Assembly (NCBI GenBank): GCA_012295275.1 | Contig: CM022675.1 | Location: 2,356,001 to 2,420,000 of the forward strand | Source of the DNA: Chrysomallon squamiferum | Lineage: Eukaryota; Animalia; Mollusca | Direction: 5' to 3' | DNA: 64,000 bases | In this document: one piece after another, positions 27,380-42,735 of the stretch | How positions within the stretch are numbered: the first letter of the stretch is position 1 | Layout: every line of letters starts with the position of its first letter | Translations under genes and position numbers: made by a program | The notes under the pieces: model-generated | The model's database searches: none | Told to the model about the DNA's origin: nothing | What the model saw: the letters and a program-made list of their open reading frames with translations, nothing else

Positions 27380-27976
27380 GACTCACGAGACTAGTTAAAA
27401 ACAAGTATCTCATATCGACTTTGCACGTATAAAGAAAAACATTGTGTAGGACAGTCTCAAGATGGAATGGTCACAGATAATATGGCTACGGATGCAGTTT
27501 TGAATATTATTTATGGTAAACTTAGATGCAGACAGACTGCATGTAAATACATAAAATACGTACGATTCCCCCTACATTCGGTTCATATGAGACGAAACGT
27601 AGAAAAAAAAAAGATATATATATATATATATATATATAAAAGTAAAAAAAGGTAAAAAAGATCTAGCATAGATATACACTTCATTATAAGCTTTTATCCT
27701 CCTCTTTCTGATAAGATCAACCACAGAAGTTTAGATATTTAAAATCAAAGATGGCGTCTACGTTCTCTTCACACTTCAGTAAAACCTGGGAGTTTCCGTA
27801 CAATCTTCAGCACATTAATTTTCAGTTAACTGCACTCAGGCTTTTAACTTGATCCTTTAGGACATTAAAACCAGAAGACAGAAACAATGTGAAAATTCGT
27901 ATTATTATATATGCCTGTCCGTGTGTGCCTATGTGTTATTTTTTGTGAATGTTGGTCTGCATTATTATTATTATTA

Positions 27977-28041
<65 letters not shown>

Positions 28042-29133
28042 GTTGTTGTTGTTATTATTATTATTATTTGTTGTTGTTGTTGTTGTTAATCGATTATATT
28101 TAGTTTTCAAAAAGAGCTTTTCTTTTTTGTAATTGATATCATCAACAGTTGTGGGTGAAGTATACATTATCAGTATGTCCAATAATAGTGTCTACAGGAT
28201 ACATTATTAGTGTTCGTATATCCGTGGTATATAAAAAGATAGACGTATCTGAAGTAATTGTATCAATAGATTTATACAGAACCACTTCTCATTTAAAGCT
28301 AAAAGTGTTTATCATGTATTGGAAATTATTGCTGATTATGCATCTGTTTGCATTTGAATATTAAGAAACAATGCAGAATTTCCTGTGGGTTGCGTTCTAA
28401 ATTAACATTATAAAATGAATATACACACACAGACACACACACACACACCACACACAGACACAGACACATATAGATAGACAGATTTCATTAGAAAATAAAT
28501 GTGAGATGTAGTTCATTAAAGATTGTTTCCAACAGGGCAAGCATTACTTGTTCATTCAGGTTACAACGTAGACGTTTTTGCATTTATGTTCAGTTAGTGA
28601 GAGGTGCGGAGAAAGAGGGAGCCAAGGAAGAACGTCAGTGTCCTGTTGTCTTGAAGTTGTCTGTTACAGGATGTTACGTCTCTGCGCTTGAGGAAACTAT
28701 GTCCTATCTGTAGCGTGTAACAGTCACTGACATTAGTAATGACAAGGTGGGATCCGCTAGCACGCGAACACAACCACACTTCTGTCTGATACCGGCTCTC
28801 GCTGAATAATGAAACGTTTCCTTGACGACTGCAGACAACTGAACGTGTCTACCTGTGCTGTCAGGTGAAGCCTTGACTCATTTGTGAACAGCACACTGTC
28901 CTGTCTTCTCGCCTGAACAGTGTCTGTTATGTCGATGAAGTGGAAGTAAACGATGATCAGTAGTGTATCGAAGACCAGGCTTTCATCAGTATGAACTGAT
29001 TTTTCATTTCTAGAGTTTTGGGAAACGTATAATTGTATAAAACATTATATCATGCATAGTTACTTTATATATGTCTGTTTCTTTCTCTATCTATCTATCT
29101 ATATATATATATATATCTATATATATATATATA

Positions 29134-29178
<45 letters not shown>

Positions 29179-29264
29179 CTCCGTTTGAATCCATGTGCCT
29201 ACCTGCGTCCATACCTACCTATCAGGCTCTCATATCTATATATATTTCTATCTGTCTATATCTG

Positions 29265-29295
<31 letters not shown>

Positions 29296-29761
29296 GTATA
29301 CACACACACAAACACACACACACACGTATACGCACACACAAACACACACCATTTTTATGACTTTTCACGTGCCAATAAAATAATACAACGTTTTTATCTT
29401 TCTTCCCCATTTACGTCTTATAACAGTTTTTACTCCTCTGATTTGACCTCTCATAATTGATTGAGTTTTAATAATGACACATTATGACGGCAAAGTATAT
29501 GAACAACAGCCATATTAAGTTAAGTAAATAAGCAAACAAACAAACAAACAAATAAAAAAATCAATAAATCAATAAATAAATAAATAAATAAATAAATAAA
29601 CAAGGAGACAAATAAATAAATAAATAAATAAATAGACAAACAATCAAACAAATAAATAAATAGATGAATAAACAAACAAACAAATAAATAAATAAATAAA
29701 CAAACAAAAATTAGAAAACAAAAAACTATTTAGAGTCATGATCGAGGTGCTGCTGCAGTTT

Positions 29762-29901
29762 CTCGATGGTTATGCATTAATCCAACAATTAGTTCAAGTA
29801 CAAGAGCTACCACTAATCCTACTGCAACTGCTTGTCATACTGCTAGTACTCTGGTTAACTACATAACTACAGTTAATTCCACTACTACTACTACCACTAC
29901 A

Positions 29902-29944
<43 letters not shown>

Positions 29945-30080
29945 TTACTTCTGTTACTACAGCCACCGCTAATACTAATACCATCAATGCTACGACTGCT
30001 ACCAGTGCTACTGCTTCTACTTTATATTATAATTTTATTTACCCCAAGTGTTCTCAAATATCATATCATTTTCTTTGTTA

Positions 30081-30145
<65 letters not shown>

Positions 30146-30480
30146 CAACAATATTTTAGGACACAATATACATTCTGTACAGATACAAAAAATTTTCAGA
30201 ATAAATTACGTTAAACTAAGATTAAGCTTGATATTAAATGTTTTCTGATTTCTAAAGAGTAAAAACTAAATGCTCTATGATAGATATTATATCTGTGAAC
30301 GTTAGGGTGTGACACAGAGTTGTATTTTAAGATGAATGGTGTATACGTTAGTCAGAATAAAAAAATAGTTTTTAAATATATCTATCAGCCATTAGTATTT
30401 GTTATAATTTAATTTTTTGACGACGGTAGTTTAATTTAGCATAAAATATTCCTATACGTTCTTGCAGGTGCACTACTCGA
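29762..30480 (+). repeat. Unclassified dispersed repeat, copy 1
   Basis: Direct copy at ~32036-32611 and inverted copy at ~37100-37990. Confidence 0.8.
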
Positions 30481-30782
30481 GATATTTATTTACATTTTTG
30501 TTAGATGTATGGTGTATACACTAATAAAAGTAAGTTATTTAATTTATCTAACAGCTAGTGATCTTTCTTATAATTGTATTTCTTTGACGACGGTAGCTTA
30601 ATTTACTTTAAATTTATGTGTCCGTCCCAGCAGCTGCATGATTTGAAAATTATTATCGTAAACACTGCAATCTATGTTAACACACCTTGTTTTCTGTTTG
30701 TGTATTTATTTGAATAATTTCAAAATAAAAGAATATTCTGATCACATGCATACGTACATGCATGCATCGTACATACACACTT

Positions 30783-30865
<83 letters not shown>

Positions 30866-31663
30866 AGAAACAGTATTATTACTACATCTATTACTATTAC
30901 TATTAGTTGTAGTATTTGTACTAAAGCTGAAAAAAATATGTTTTCTCTGTATATCTTTTTTTTTTTCATTTTGTTTATGTTCATTTATAGTCACTGACAT
31001 TACATTATTTACCCACTGCGGTGCACTGAACATATGGTGATATATATTAGTCAGACTTTTTTCTCTCACTTAAAGTAAATGCAACTAATAGTTTAATGGC
31101 GATGTTTGATGTATTCATATTCTGAGTGTTTTTCGACATCGCTTTGAAAGACGAATGAAATATTTTACGACTTTAGTTTCATATGTGTATTTAGGAATTA
31201 AAAAAAAAATCGAGTTTCCTTTTAGCTCTGAATGGATTACCTTTCTAAAAGCTCTATTGTCACATGAATGCAAACTATTCACTATACATGCATGTGTTGA
31301 TGTGTTTATGCTTGCATGCATATATCTCTATGTTTCTATGTTTGCGTTATCTTAGCTGATGTAGTTTTAATCATGAAACGTACGAGCGATACCTCCAAGT
31401 GTTTTCAAACTGAACTTGAATACATAAAAGTCGTTTTTCATTTCAAATATCTTTTTTTTTGTGCTCGATCTTATCAGCCACAGGACGATAAAAGCCAGTA
31501 ACACACATAATCTACGTATGTATTATGCATGTATGTTTGTATGTGTGTATGTATGTATATATGTGTATATGTATAATTGTAGGAGTGTATATGTGTGTGA
31601 GTGTCTGTGTGTATAAATATTTGTTTATATATGAATGTACATGTATGTAGGTATCTCTCTCTC

Positions 31664-31748
<85 letters not shown>

Positions 31749-32035
31749 TTATCTATATTTGTTTTTATTTTATTTTATTTTATGTTTTTAACTTAAATAC
31801 AATTATGTGTTTTTTTATGTATGTGTGTGCAATAATAATAACATTATCACTAATAATTATATTAATAACAATAATAATACAAAGAATAATAATAATAATA
31901 ATAATAATTCACTACCACTGCTATCTCTATGACTACAACAACTGCTACTTGAAGTATTATTACAACGATTACTATTATTACTCTTCGCTACTATTAACAC
32001 AAATGATACTACTTCTGTTATTACTGTTAATGTTG

Positions 32036-32152
32036 CTCGATGGTTATGAACTACTGCAACAATTAGTTCAAGTACAAGAGCTACCACTAATCCTACTGCA
32101 ACTACTTGTCATACTGCTAGTACTCTGGCTAACTACATAACTACAGTTAATT

Positions 32153-32215
<63 letters not shown>

Positions 32216-32358
32216 ATACTAATACTACTACTGCTATTACTACAGCCACCGCTAATACTAGTACTGTCAATGCTACGACTGCTACCAGTGCTACTGCTTC
32301 TACTTTATATTATAATTTTATTTACCCCAAGAGTTCTCAAATATCATTTTCTTTTTTA

Positions 32359-32420
<62 letters not shown>

Positions 32421-32611
32421 TAATAATAATAATAACATTTTACGACATAACATACGTTCTGTACTGATTCAAAGTTTTTTCAGACACTGCACTGAAAGAG
32501 TTTCAGAATAAATTACGTTAAACTAAGCTTGATATTAAATGTTTTCTGATTTCTAAAGAGTAAAAACTAAATGCTCTATGATAGATATTATATCTGTGAA
32601 TGTTAGGGTGT
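32036..32611 (+). repeat. Unclassified dispersed repeat, copy 2, truncated by a (GA)n tract
   Basis: Matches 29762-30310. Confidence 0.8.
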
Positions 32612-32700
<89 letters not shown>

Positions 32701-33156
32701 TTTATCGATTTGTTTCGTTGTTTTCTTGTTAAAAAGTTAAATTGATACTACTACTACTACAACTACTACTACTACAAATAATAATAATAATAAAATAATA
32801 ATAATAATTATAATAATAATAACAGTGATGATGATAAATAAATAAATAAATAAATACAGTTAAGTTCAAATCAAGAAGAAGCTACGATGTTCTATTTCAA
32901 CTGTGAGGAAATACGTTCTTGATGTTATCCAAAAGAAATTTCTAATTCTACATCAAAACATTAAAATGTGAGTCTCCTGTTGCCAACTGAAACGATTTAT
33001 TTCATTTTATTTATTTATTTATTATTTTACTCTGAAGAGCAGCAGTTCTATTACATAGAAAATGTACAGATACTCACACACACACACACACACACACATG
33101 CTACATACAGAGATTATTTTCTGTTTTTCTTGAGAAGAGCTTAACTACTCGTTCAG

Positions 33157-33303
<147 letters not shown>

Positions 33304-34875
33304 GTCTCTCTCTTATTTTATTTCATTTTTCTTGTACGGAAAAGTAAATGTATTACGTAATTTTTTATGATTTTAATCCAGCATAAAATATATCTGATGT
33401 TGAGTTGCTTTTATGTACGTAGGCAAATATGTTTGTTTGTAAAGTGATACAAAATAAGTTATATAAACGGACGAAAAAATGAAAAAATAGAAGAAGACTT
33501 TTATAAAGTTTTAATGCAATGACTATCGTAATATTGACATAATATTAATACTAATGTCACTTTATATATATGTATACTGGTTTATCAACTTCCAAAGACA
33601 TCTCTAGCAAATACATAAACATATTTGTGTATTTACTTTATTAATATCTCCACATGGGCACCTTAAGTATAATATATATATATATATATAAAATAAAATA
33701 AAATGTAATGTAATATAGTATAATATAATATAATATAATATAATTTTATTTTCTTTTATTTAATTTAATATAACAAAATATATTAAAATGTAACGCGCGT
33801 TAATTTTACTTTGAGGTAGCAAAAACAACAACAACATCATAAGAAAAAAAAGAACTTTAGTAATACTAAAACCGGTGATGTGTCTTTTGTGACATAGGTA
33901 TATACATATACACGTGCTATTTACTGAAATCAGATGCATGCAGTAGTAAAAAAAAAAAAAAAAAATGCATAGAAACATATTCACTAAATTAAGGTATCGT
34001 GAACGTACCTTCTTACTTGAGACACTCACAAAAGAAGCTTTATCCTCCTTTACACAGTTAGAATAAAACATAAAACTGCATCTCACGGTGTGTTTAGCTG
34101 TATTTATATGGTAAGGACAAAGAAACCATCCTGACCAATGAATAACTGGTTTTAACATGAGTGTTTGGATGCATGACAAGTGAAAGAAAACAGCGAGTGT
34201 TGCTGTGTGAGCCGAGTGTTAGTCTAGATTTGTATTATTACACGTTACATTAGTCAAAGTGATGTCAAGCTAGTTATCTCGTTTCTTAATTTTTTTCTTC
34301 AAAATTTATCTTTAAAATAAAATAAAATAAAATAAACAAATAAAAAGAGAAAATAAATGAATAAAAAACATTACGAAGCACAAAGTGACTAAATAAAGTA
34401 GACAAGTAACATAAACATCCCATGCAGTAGGATTAATGAATGAATGAATGAATGAATGAATGAATGAATAAATAAATAAATAAATAAATAAATTCATTAT
34501 AAAAAAGGCGGAGATTTTTTCATTTCCCATCAATTCCAGTTCACTCTATATTTTATTTTCCTTTTGCTCAGAAGTAAACATGGTAAAGAAGACAGTGTGT
34601 ACATCTGTTAGTAACTACTTAAAACCTGTATTTACATCCACATGCTGAGAAAACAGCTGAATGAATGTAACAGTATGTGACGCAGCATTTCGATCTTGAA
34701 GACTAATCAACAAACAAAACTAAAAAGTGTTAAAACTCTTGTAAATATATACTTAAAACATTTTTGTTAGATTTCTGCTGGTTATTTATTTTGATTGCAT
34801 TTGTTACGTTTGATTTCTTTTTTTTATTGTATATTTTATTTATATGCTCCCTTCACAAATATGAGTGTGTGTGTA

Positions 34876-34911
<36 letters not shown>

Positions 34912-35999
34912 ACACACATATCCAAGTAAAAAGCTTGAGTTTTACAAACAAAAAGTTTCCATATTATAAACTAAAAATGATTTATGTTTCCATGCAAATA
35001 TTTAAAATAAAATATATCAAAACATTTTTCTAGCATTCTAAATATAGTTCATGTTTGTCCTGTCCTTCAAATGAATAGCAAAATAAACAGAATTTACCAT
35101 GTTTTAACAAATACCAGCAGTGTTTATTGTTTTAAGAAAAACAAATCTTGCTGCCAAAAAATATAATAAAATGGTTACTTGCTACTGTTTGCCTGCAATA
35201 TTAATAAAAATAATAAATTATAATAATAATATTTTTCGACAAATACGAAAATAATTTCGACACAATGATTGATGTGGTACCCATTATTTCAAAAGTAATA
35301 CTAATAGTAATAAAAAAACATTAGACACACAACATAATTTCCCAAACTACATTTACTGCATTATAGTAAACTTAAAATTAATTATTACAGACTCTTATTT
35401 CTCAAAGTTGTTGCAGAACTGCATTATATTAATTATGTATTTATTTATAGAGTTCAAAGATCTTTCTCAGCTATATGGTTGTACCAGATCTTTTAAAATA
35501 ATCTGGCGTAATTATTATAATTTCCATCCAAAATTTTAATAAACATATTTTATTATATTTATTTGTTATACTTTTTACTTTTATTAATATTTTTACGTTG
35601 CACAGAAACATATTCACCGAGACAGACACACAGACATACATATACTATATATGCACGTGTCAGAATCTTGTTGTACAAACTAATCTCCCCATATTGTTCA
35701 TACTTTTCTAATAACTATCTATCTCTCTGTCTATCTATCTATTCATCTATCTATATATCTGTCTATATATTTATCTATCTGTCTGTCTGTCTGTCTATCT
35801 ATCTATTCATCTATCTATATATCTGTCTATATATTTATCTATCTGTCTGTCTGTCTGTCTATCTATATCTCTGTCTATCTATCTATTCATCTATCTATAT
35901 ATCTGTCTATATATTTATCTATCTGTCTGTCTGTATGTCTATCTATCTCTCTGTCTATCTATCTATTCATCTATATATATATATTTGTCTATATATTTA

Positions 36000-36035
<36 letters not shown>

Positions 36036-36371
36036 TCTCTATTTATCAATTAATGTATCTATTTATCTCTCTAAATATCTGTTCATCAATACGTCTGTTT
36101 ATCTACCTATCCCTGTAATCTTCTGATTTGTCTGTTTATTTATCTTATTTTTACTTTTGTCCACTGACATGAAATCAAATTTTGTGTCAATAGGAATAAT
36201 TATCTGTTCACTCTATTTGTGATCAAACCATTTTCATGCACGATCTACATAATGATGTATTCAGTGCAGTGTCTGAAAGCTCTCACAATCTGTGCAGAAA
36301 CAGGTCAGAGTTTTTAGGCAACTTGAAGATGATCGGTTAGTCAGACAGGCGTATTTTTTCTTCATTTCTTT

Positions 36372-36436
<65 letters not shown>

Positions 36437-37099
36437 TGTATGTATGTACGTACGTGTGTGTGTGTTTGTGTGTGTTAACATAGTCACTCGGGTTAATGTC
36501 GTCCGGCATCTGACGAGCTTTGTGAGGTCGTGATTGGACTTTGTCCTCCTGCGTAATACGTTCCCGGACATTGTCTAAAATATTCAAATCATAAAATGCA
36601 GACACACCTACACACACACACACACGCAAACACACACAAGCACACACACACACACACACACACACCTGCACAAACACACATAGACACACACACAAACACC
36701 CACACATACACGCATACATGTACGGTAAAGATATTAGGAACCAGCCATTGAATGGAAATTCACTCGGTATTTGAAATTAATTTAATATAATAAAAAATCC
36801 CAGTCAGGTACACAATGTTACTGCGAAGTTTAAAGATAAAACCCCATGATATAGTTTAAGACGACGTTGTCCAAATTCTAAAAAACAGACACAAAAAATG
36901 ATAATAATAATACAAAAAAAACATAATGAAATAAAAAATACATAAATAGTAAATAAATAAAAAAGAAAAATCTGTTAGTAAATATCTTATATAATGCAGC
37001 TATTGGGGCGTATACATATATTTTGTACTAAATTAAGGTATCCTCTTAGAGAAATCAAATGATAACACCCTTGACTGGCTGAGAGATATATTAAAAAAC

Positions 37100-37990
37100 T
37101 AACTTTTTATTTTGAATAGTGTATACACCATTAAACAGAAAATACAACTTCGTGTCACACCCTAACACCTGCAGATAAAATATCTGTCTCAGAGCATTTC
37201 GTTCTTACTCTATGGAAATCAGAAAACATATAATATCTAGATTAATTTAACATAGTCAATTATATGGTAAAATAAATTACAGAAAAAGTGTTTACGATAA
37301 TAATTCTCACTTCTTGAGTACTGCACCTGTAAGAACGTATACGTATGTTGTATGCTAAATTAAACTACAATCGCCAAAAAATTAAATTATAACAAATACT
37401 AATGGATGATAGATATATTTAAAAACTATTTTTTTATTCTGAACAGCGTATACACCATTCATCTGAGAACACAACTTTGTGTCACACCCTAACATTCGCA
37501 GATATAATATCTATCATAGAGCATTTAGGTTTTACTCTATAGAAATCAGAAAACATGTAATATCAAGCTTAATTTAACATCGTAGTTTATTTTGAAAGTC
37601 ATTCAGTGCAGTGTCTTAAAGCTCTCACAATCTGTGTAGTAGGTATATTATATCATTAAAATATTATTATTATTATTATTATGATTATTATTATTATTAT
37701 TATTATTAATTTAACTTTATAATTAACACTTGTGGTAAATAAAATCAAAATATACAGTAGCAGTATTAATACTATTAGAGGCAGTAATAGTGGAGTTATT
37801 AGTGGTAATAGTAATAGTAGTTGCTCTTCTGGTAGCACTAGGCATATTATTCACAACAGTACTGGCTATTTTAGTACTGCTGGTAAAAGTGTTTGGAGTT
37901 GAAATCGTCATTTTAGTATTAGAATTATTAGTTAGTCATAGTACTGACAGAATGACAATTGGTAGGAGTAGGATTAGTGGTAGCTGTAGT
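37100..37990 (-). repeat. Unclassified dispersed repeat, inverted copy with internal partial duplication
   Basis: gtcacaccctaac...gatataatatctatcatagagcatt is the reverse complement of ~30240-30320; a related segment occurs twice (~37150 and ~37480). Confidence 0.75.
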
Positions 37991-39449
37991 ATTCGAAATA
38001 ATTGTTGCAGTAAAAATAACGAACAAATAGCAACGCATACACAACCACTGAACCCTGTCCGTAGAGCAGTAGATGTGAGATGTCTCGAGGTAAAACTGTT
38101 TGTGTGACTCTGACAAAAACTACAAGAATCGATGTATTATTTATTATCTGAGCACAAATAGGAGACTAACTCTCGTAACACCTGGATGAGTTTAGGCAAT
38201 CTTAGCAGCATGTTTTAGTCTCCTGTGTTAATATTTTCGTAAACAGAGTAAAAAAATAACTAATACTAGTTCTACTATTAATAATAATAACAACAATAAA
38301 ATAAATAGGTAAGTATATAAAGAATATACCTATGTATGTATGTATAAATATATATATATACTTTGTGCATGAGATAATGATATTAATAATAATAACCAAA
38401 AACATATTAAATGAATAAAATAAAATGAAAATCACAACAAGAAAATAAATAAATATGTATATAAATAAGCAGAAAAGGAAATGGACGTAGAGTGAGAGAC
38501 ACGGAAGGTTAGGTAGACAGGTAGATAATCACTGCGATACTACATCGTATTTTCCACAGTGGTGAAGATCTTTTGTTTGGTTAAATAACATTAAAATATT
38601 GGTGTAAATAGATACACACAGAGCTGTAGATAAATAAAGAAATAAGTAAGTAAATAAACATCAACTGGAGCAGAAGCATGAAACTTTTAAAAATAAAACG
38701 TGCTGTAAAAGAATAATTCATCTGCAATTATGTGCTATATTTACAATACTAATATTAAAAATAGTGGGTTTCGTATATATTTAATAGCAATATATCTATG
38801 TGTATATATGGTTTTTCATGTTTTTCTTGTGTTTTGTTTTCTATACCATCCAGTTAACCGATTTAGTCTTCTTGTATGACGGTAAACGATGATGTTTTTT
38901 TTTTCTTCACATTTTACTTATTTGTCTAATTTCGAGTTGTAAAATGGAGTTACTGGCGGTAAATTTAAAGTATTGATGAACTACATTGCTGAACACTCTT
39001 TATAGATTTTTAAAACTATAAATATCAGATTAATTTCTATTTACCTTCTTCAGATAATTACTAAATGAAAGACTTGTAGCGCACACTGTGATATAAAAAT
39101 ATAAAACTGTATTATGCGACCAATTTAATACGTTCTATAATTATTATTATTAACATAATTGTTGTTTTTGTATTTGTTGTCGCTAATATTATTGTTATTG
39201 TTTGTGTTGTTATTGTTACTATTATTAGTGTTGTGTTATTATTATTATTATTATTATTAGCAGTAGTAGTAGTAGTAGTAATATTAAACCTGTTGTAACA
39301 TCAAAATCACAGCAATATTCCTAAACAATCGTATTAGATTTTATTAACGAAGTTAGAATTATCTATTGTTACTAATTTTATATATCAGTTGTTTTAAATT
39401 TAATTTAATTTCTCTCTAGTTTTTCTTTTTCTCTTTCTTTTTCATTGAG

Positions 39450-39649
39450 NNNNNNNNNNNNNNNNNNNNNNNNNNNNNNNNNNNNNNNNNNNNNNNNNNN
39501 NNNNNNNNNNNNNNNNNNNNNNNNNNNNNNNNNNNNNNNNNNNNNNNNNNNNNNNNNNNNNNNNNNNNNNNNNNNNNNNNNNNNNNNNNNNNNNNNNNNN
39601 NNNNNNNNNNNNNNNNNNNNNNNNNNNNNNNNNNNNNNNNNNNNNNNNN
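39450..39649. other. Assembly gap (200 N)
   Basis: Run of N. Confidence 1.
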
Positions 39650-40310
39650 ACAGATATAGTATCAGTATCACTAGTAGCAGTGTGTACATATATAGTATCA
39701 GTATCACTAGTATATATAGCAGTATCACTAGTACATATATATTATCAGTATCACTAGTAGCAGTGTGTACAGATATAGTATCAGTATCACTAATAGAAGT
39801 GTGTACAGATATATTATCAGTATCACTAGTAGAAGTATGTACAGATACATTATCAGTATCACTAGTAGAAGTATGTACAGATACATTATCAGTATCACTA
39901 GTAGAAGTATGTACAGATACATTATCAGTATCACTAATAGAAGTATGTACAGATATATTATCAGTATCACTAGTAGAAGTATGTACAGATATATTATCAG
40001 TATCACTAGTAGAAGTATGTACAGATATATTATCAGTATCACTAGTAGAAGTATGTACAGATATATTATCAGTATCACTAGTAGAAGTATGTACAGATAT
40101 ATTATCAATATCACTAGTAGAAGTATGTACACATATTCATTATCAGTATCACTAGTAGCAGTATGTATAGATATATTATCAGTATCACTAATAGAAGTAT
40201 GTACAGATATATTATCAGTATCACTAGTAGCAGTATGTATAGATACATGATCAGTATCACTAATAGAAGTGTGTACAGATACATTATCAGTATCAGTAAT
40301 AGCAGTATGT
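39650..40310. repeat. 36-bp minisatellite abutting the scaffold gap
   Basis: Consensus agtatcactagtagaagtatgtacagatatattatc; true length unknown because of the gap. Confidence 0.92.
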
Positions 40311-40521
40311 ATAGGATACATAATTAGTATTCCTATAAAAATATGATATATAAAAAGTGATCCATATAAAATAATTTTATCCATTGATTTATACAGAACC
40401 ACTTCTCATTTAAAACTAAAATTGTTTCTTATGGATTAGAAATTATTGCTGATTATACAGTTGTTTGTAGCTGAATATTGGTTACATAACACCGGATGTA
40501 TCATGTCACAAATTACCCACC

Positions 40522-40578
<57 letters not shown>

Positions 40579-40908
40579 AAGAAGAATAATGATAATAAAC
40601 AGGAAGAGCAAAACAGTGAGGTAATCTCTTTCTAACGTATAGTAATAACAATAATTATATGAACATCAAATAACATCAAGTAATAGTTAGAAGTTACTGA
40701 AGAAAACAAGTAACAAGAGATTCATATCTAAAAGCATTTATTAAAACTACTGAAAATATAATAAGAATAAAAAAATAAAAAAAAAATAATCATTATAATA
40801 ATAAATGAACAAAAAATGTATCTTTTAAAAATGCAGAAACAAGCTTTACAAGTAGAAAAAGAAGCTGAAAAATTAAATAATAACAATAACGAGGATGACT
40901 GTGATGCT

Positions 40909-40939
<31 letters not shown>

Positions 40940-41437
40940 ATAATAATAATAATAATAATGATGATAATAATAAAGTAAATAATAATATGAGTGAAAAAAA
41001 AACTAAACTGTAAAACAAAAAACAACAAATACATAATAAACGAATAAATATAATAAATAAGTTATTAAAGGAAATAAGAAAATCATGAAAATTAGCAAAT
41101 ACTGCAAGAATAGCAAAACGAAATGTAACTGAAAATTAGATCTGAACATTTTGAATTTGTGTCGTTGCCATTGAAAGAAATGATCATTGAAATTACTGTT
41201 GTTTAAACGATTCCTTAAACCAGTGAAATTTAACTACAATCAAGCAACAAAACAATCTTTTAAAAACACCATTATGTAAACAAACAGATAAATTAAAAAA
41301 ATAATAATAATAATAAAATAAAAATAGTGATAAAAATAACAAACAAGAAGAAAACTAATGAAAGGAAAAAAATAAGGATAATTACTGAAAATCGTTTAGT
41401 TTGCTTCTACAGTAATATAAAATGTTTCTCAAGTTAA

Positions 41438-41625
41438 CTAAGTCTGATGTTTGTTGACATCTTCCTTGTATTGGGTGGACTTTTTCTTCTTCAGGAAGAG
41501 CATCGCCACAATCCCAATGACAAGTGAGAAGATGATCACCATGACAACACAGAGAACAATCAGAATCGTGTTGTTGATACCCAGTTGATCAGATCCTTGC
41601 TTTTCACCTGATGTCTGTGAGTCAC
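41438..41625 (-). CDS. Gene B terminal exon: TM helix and short cytoplasmic tail
   Basis: DSQTSGEKQGSDQLGINNTILIVLCVVMVIIFSLVIGIVAMLFLKKKKSTQYKEDVNKHQT*. Confidence 0.9.
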
Positions 41626-42672
41626 CTAAAATGTAGGAAGTTTTTTAAATGTAAGATATTTTTTGTTTTTCTTCTTATTGCAACTAGTATCTATTAGCCT
41701 GTTTACAGAATTAAAATCAAATATGAGTTACGGTAAAAAAATAACTAAAAAAAGTGTTTTAAATGTCAGCTGTTTAGTTTCTTTCTTGCAAGTAACATAA
41801 GCTAAATCAAATGTGCATTTAAATTTTGATTTAATTTAACAAAACTAAAGTGGTGACAACAAATTAATGGGACAAATTAATAGAAAATGTCTAAAATAAA
41901 CTCACTTGGTGTTCGATCTTCATTCATCACGTTCAGAACAGTAAATGTTTTTCTGACAAGTTCATCAGACGTTTCAGCCGATCTTCGTTTTCTTCCAAAC
42001 CCTTTCTTGCCATTGCAGTCCACCTGACAGTGAAAGTATGATGATTTATTTATTATCTACGTTCTTATATATAGTTGTTTAAATTTTATTAAAATGTATA
42101 TTAATACATTTATTATTTATATATAATATTAATTATTTACTAAATAAGTAGTAGCAGTAGCAGTAGTGATAATTATAATATCAGTGGTAGTACTAGAATT
42201 AACGTAGTCTTAATGAAAATAAAAAGATAATGAAAGGAAAGAAGAAAAACAAAATGAAAGAAATATTTTTTTGGTTACTGTTCTGTATATTTTTTTAATA
42301 TATGAATGTTTCACATATTATTCAAGAATAATAAGACTAGGTGATAAAACATTAGCGGTTTTTGAAATAAAGAACTTTGAAATTGCAACATATAGTTTAA
42401 TGCAGGATTTTACCAATTTTGTGCTGTTATATTAGCTAACAGGATGCGTATGGTACCTTTAAAGTGTGTTTGTTAATTGTGATTTTACAAATTTATCTTT
42501 GTTATTTCATAGAAATCAAATTCTTTCGTCAGTTTTCTTGTCAGTTTTGTCTGCTATTAAATTGACTCTCAGGTATCGTTCTTAATCCTTTTCTTATCTT
42601 GTTTACATTACGGGGCAGATAGACTTTAACAAGCCTGCCTTACAGATACTATTTGAAGGAAATTGAGCGAAC

Positions 42673-42735
<63 letters not shown>

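Noticed and set aside
25670-27413. Cys-rich SDCSGSCLIM or QSDMIKQLPL repeat protein
   Set aside because: Minisatellite with frame-breaking 29-bp units and no supported splice structure.
35563-36126. 187-aa hydrophobic ORF
   Set aside because: Translation of compound (TCTA/TCTG)n repeats.
39445-40402. ORFs of 161-236 aa at the gap
   Set aside because: Products of a 36-bp minisatellite and the N run.
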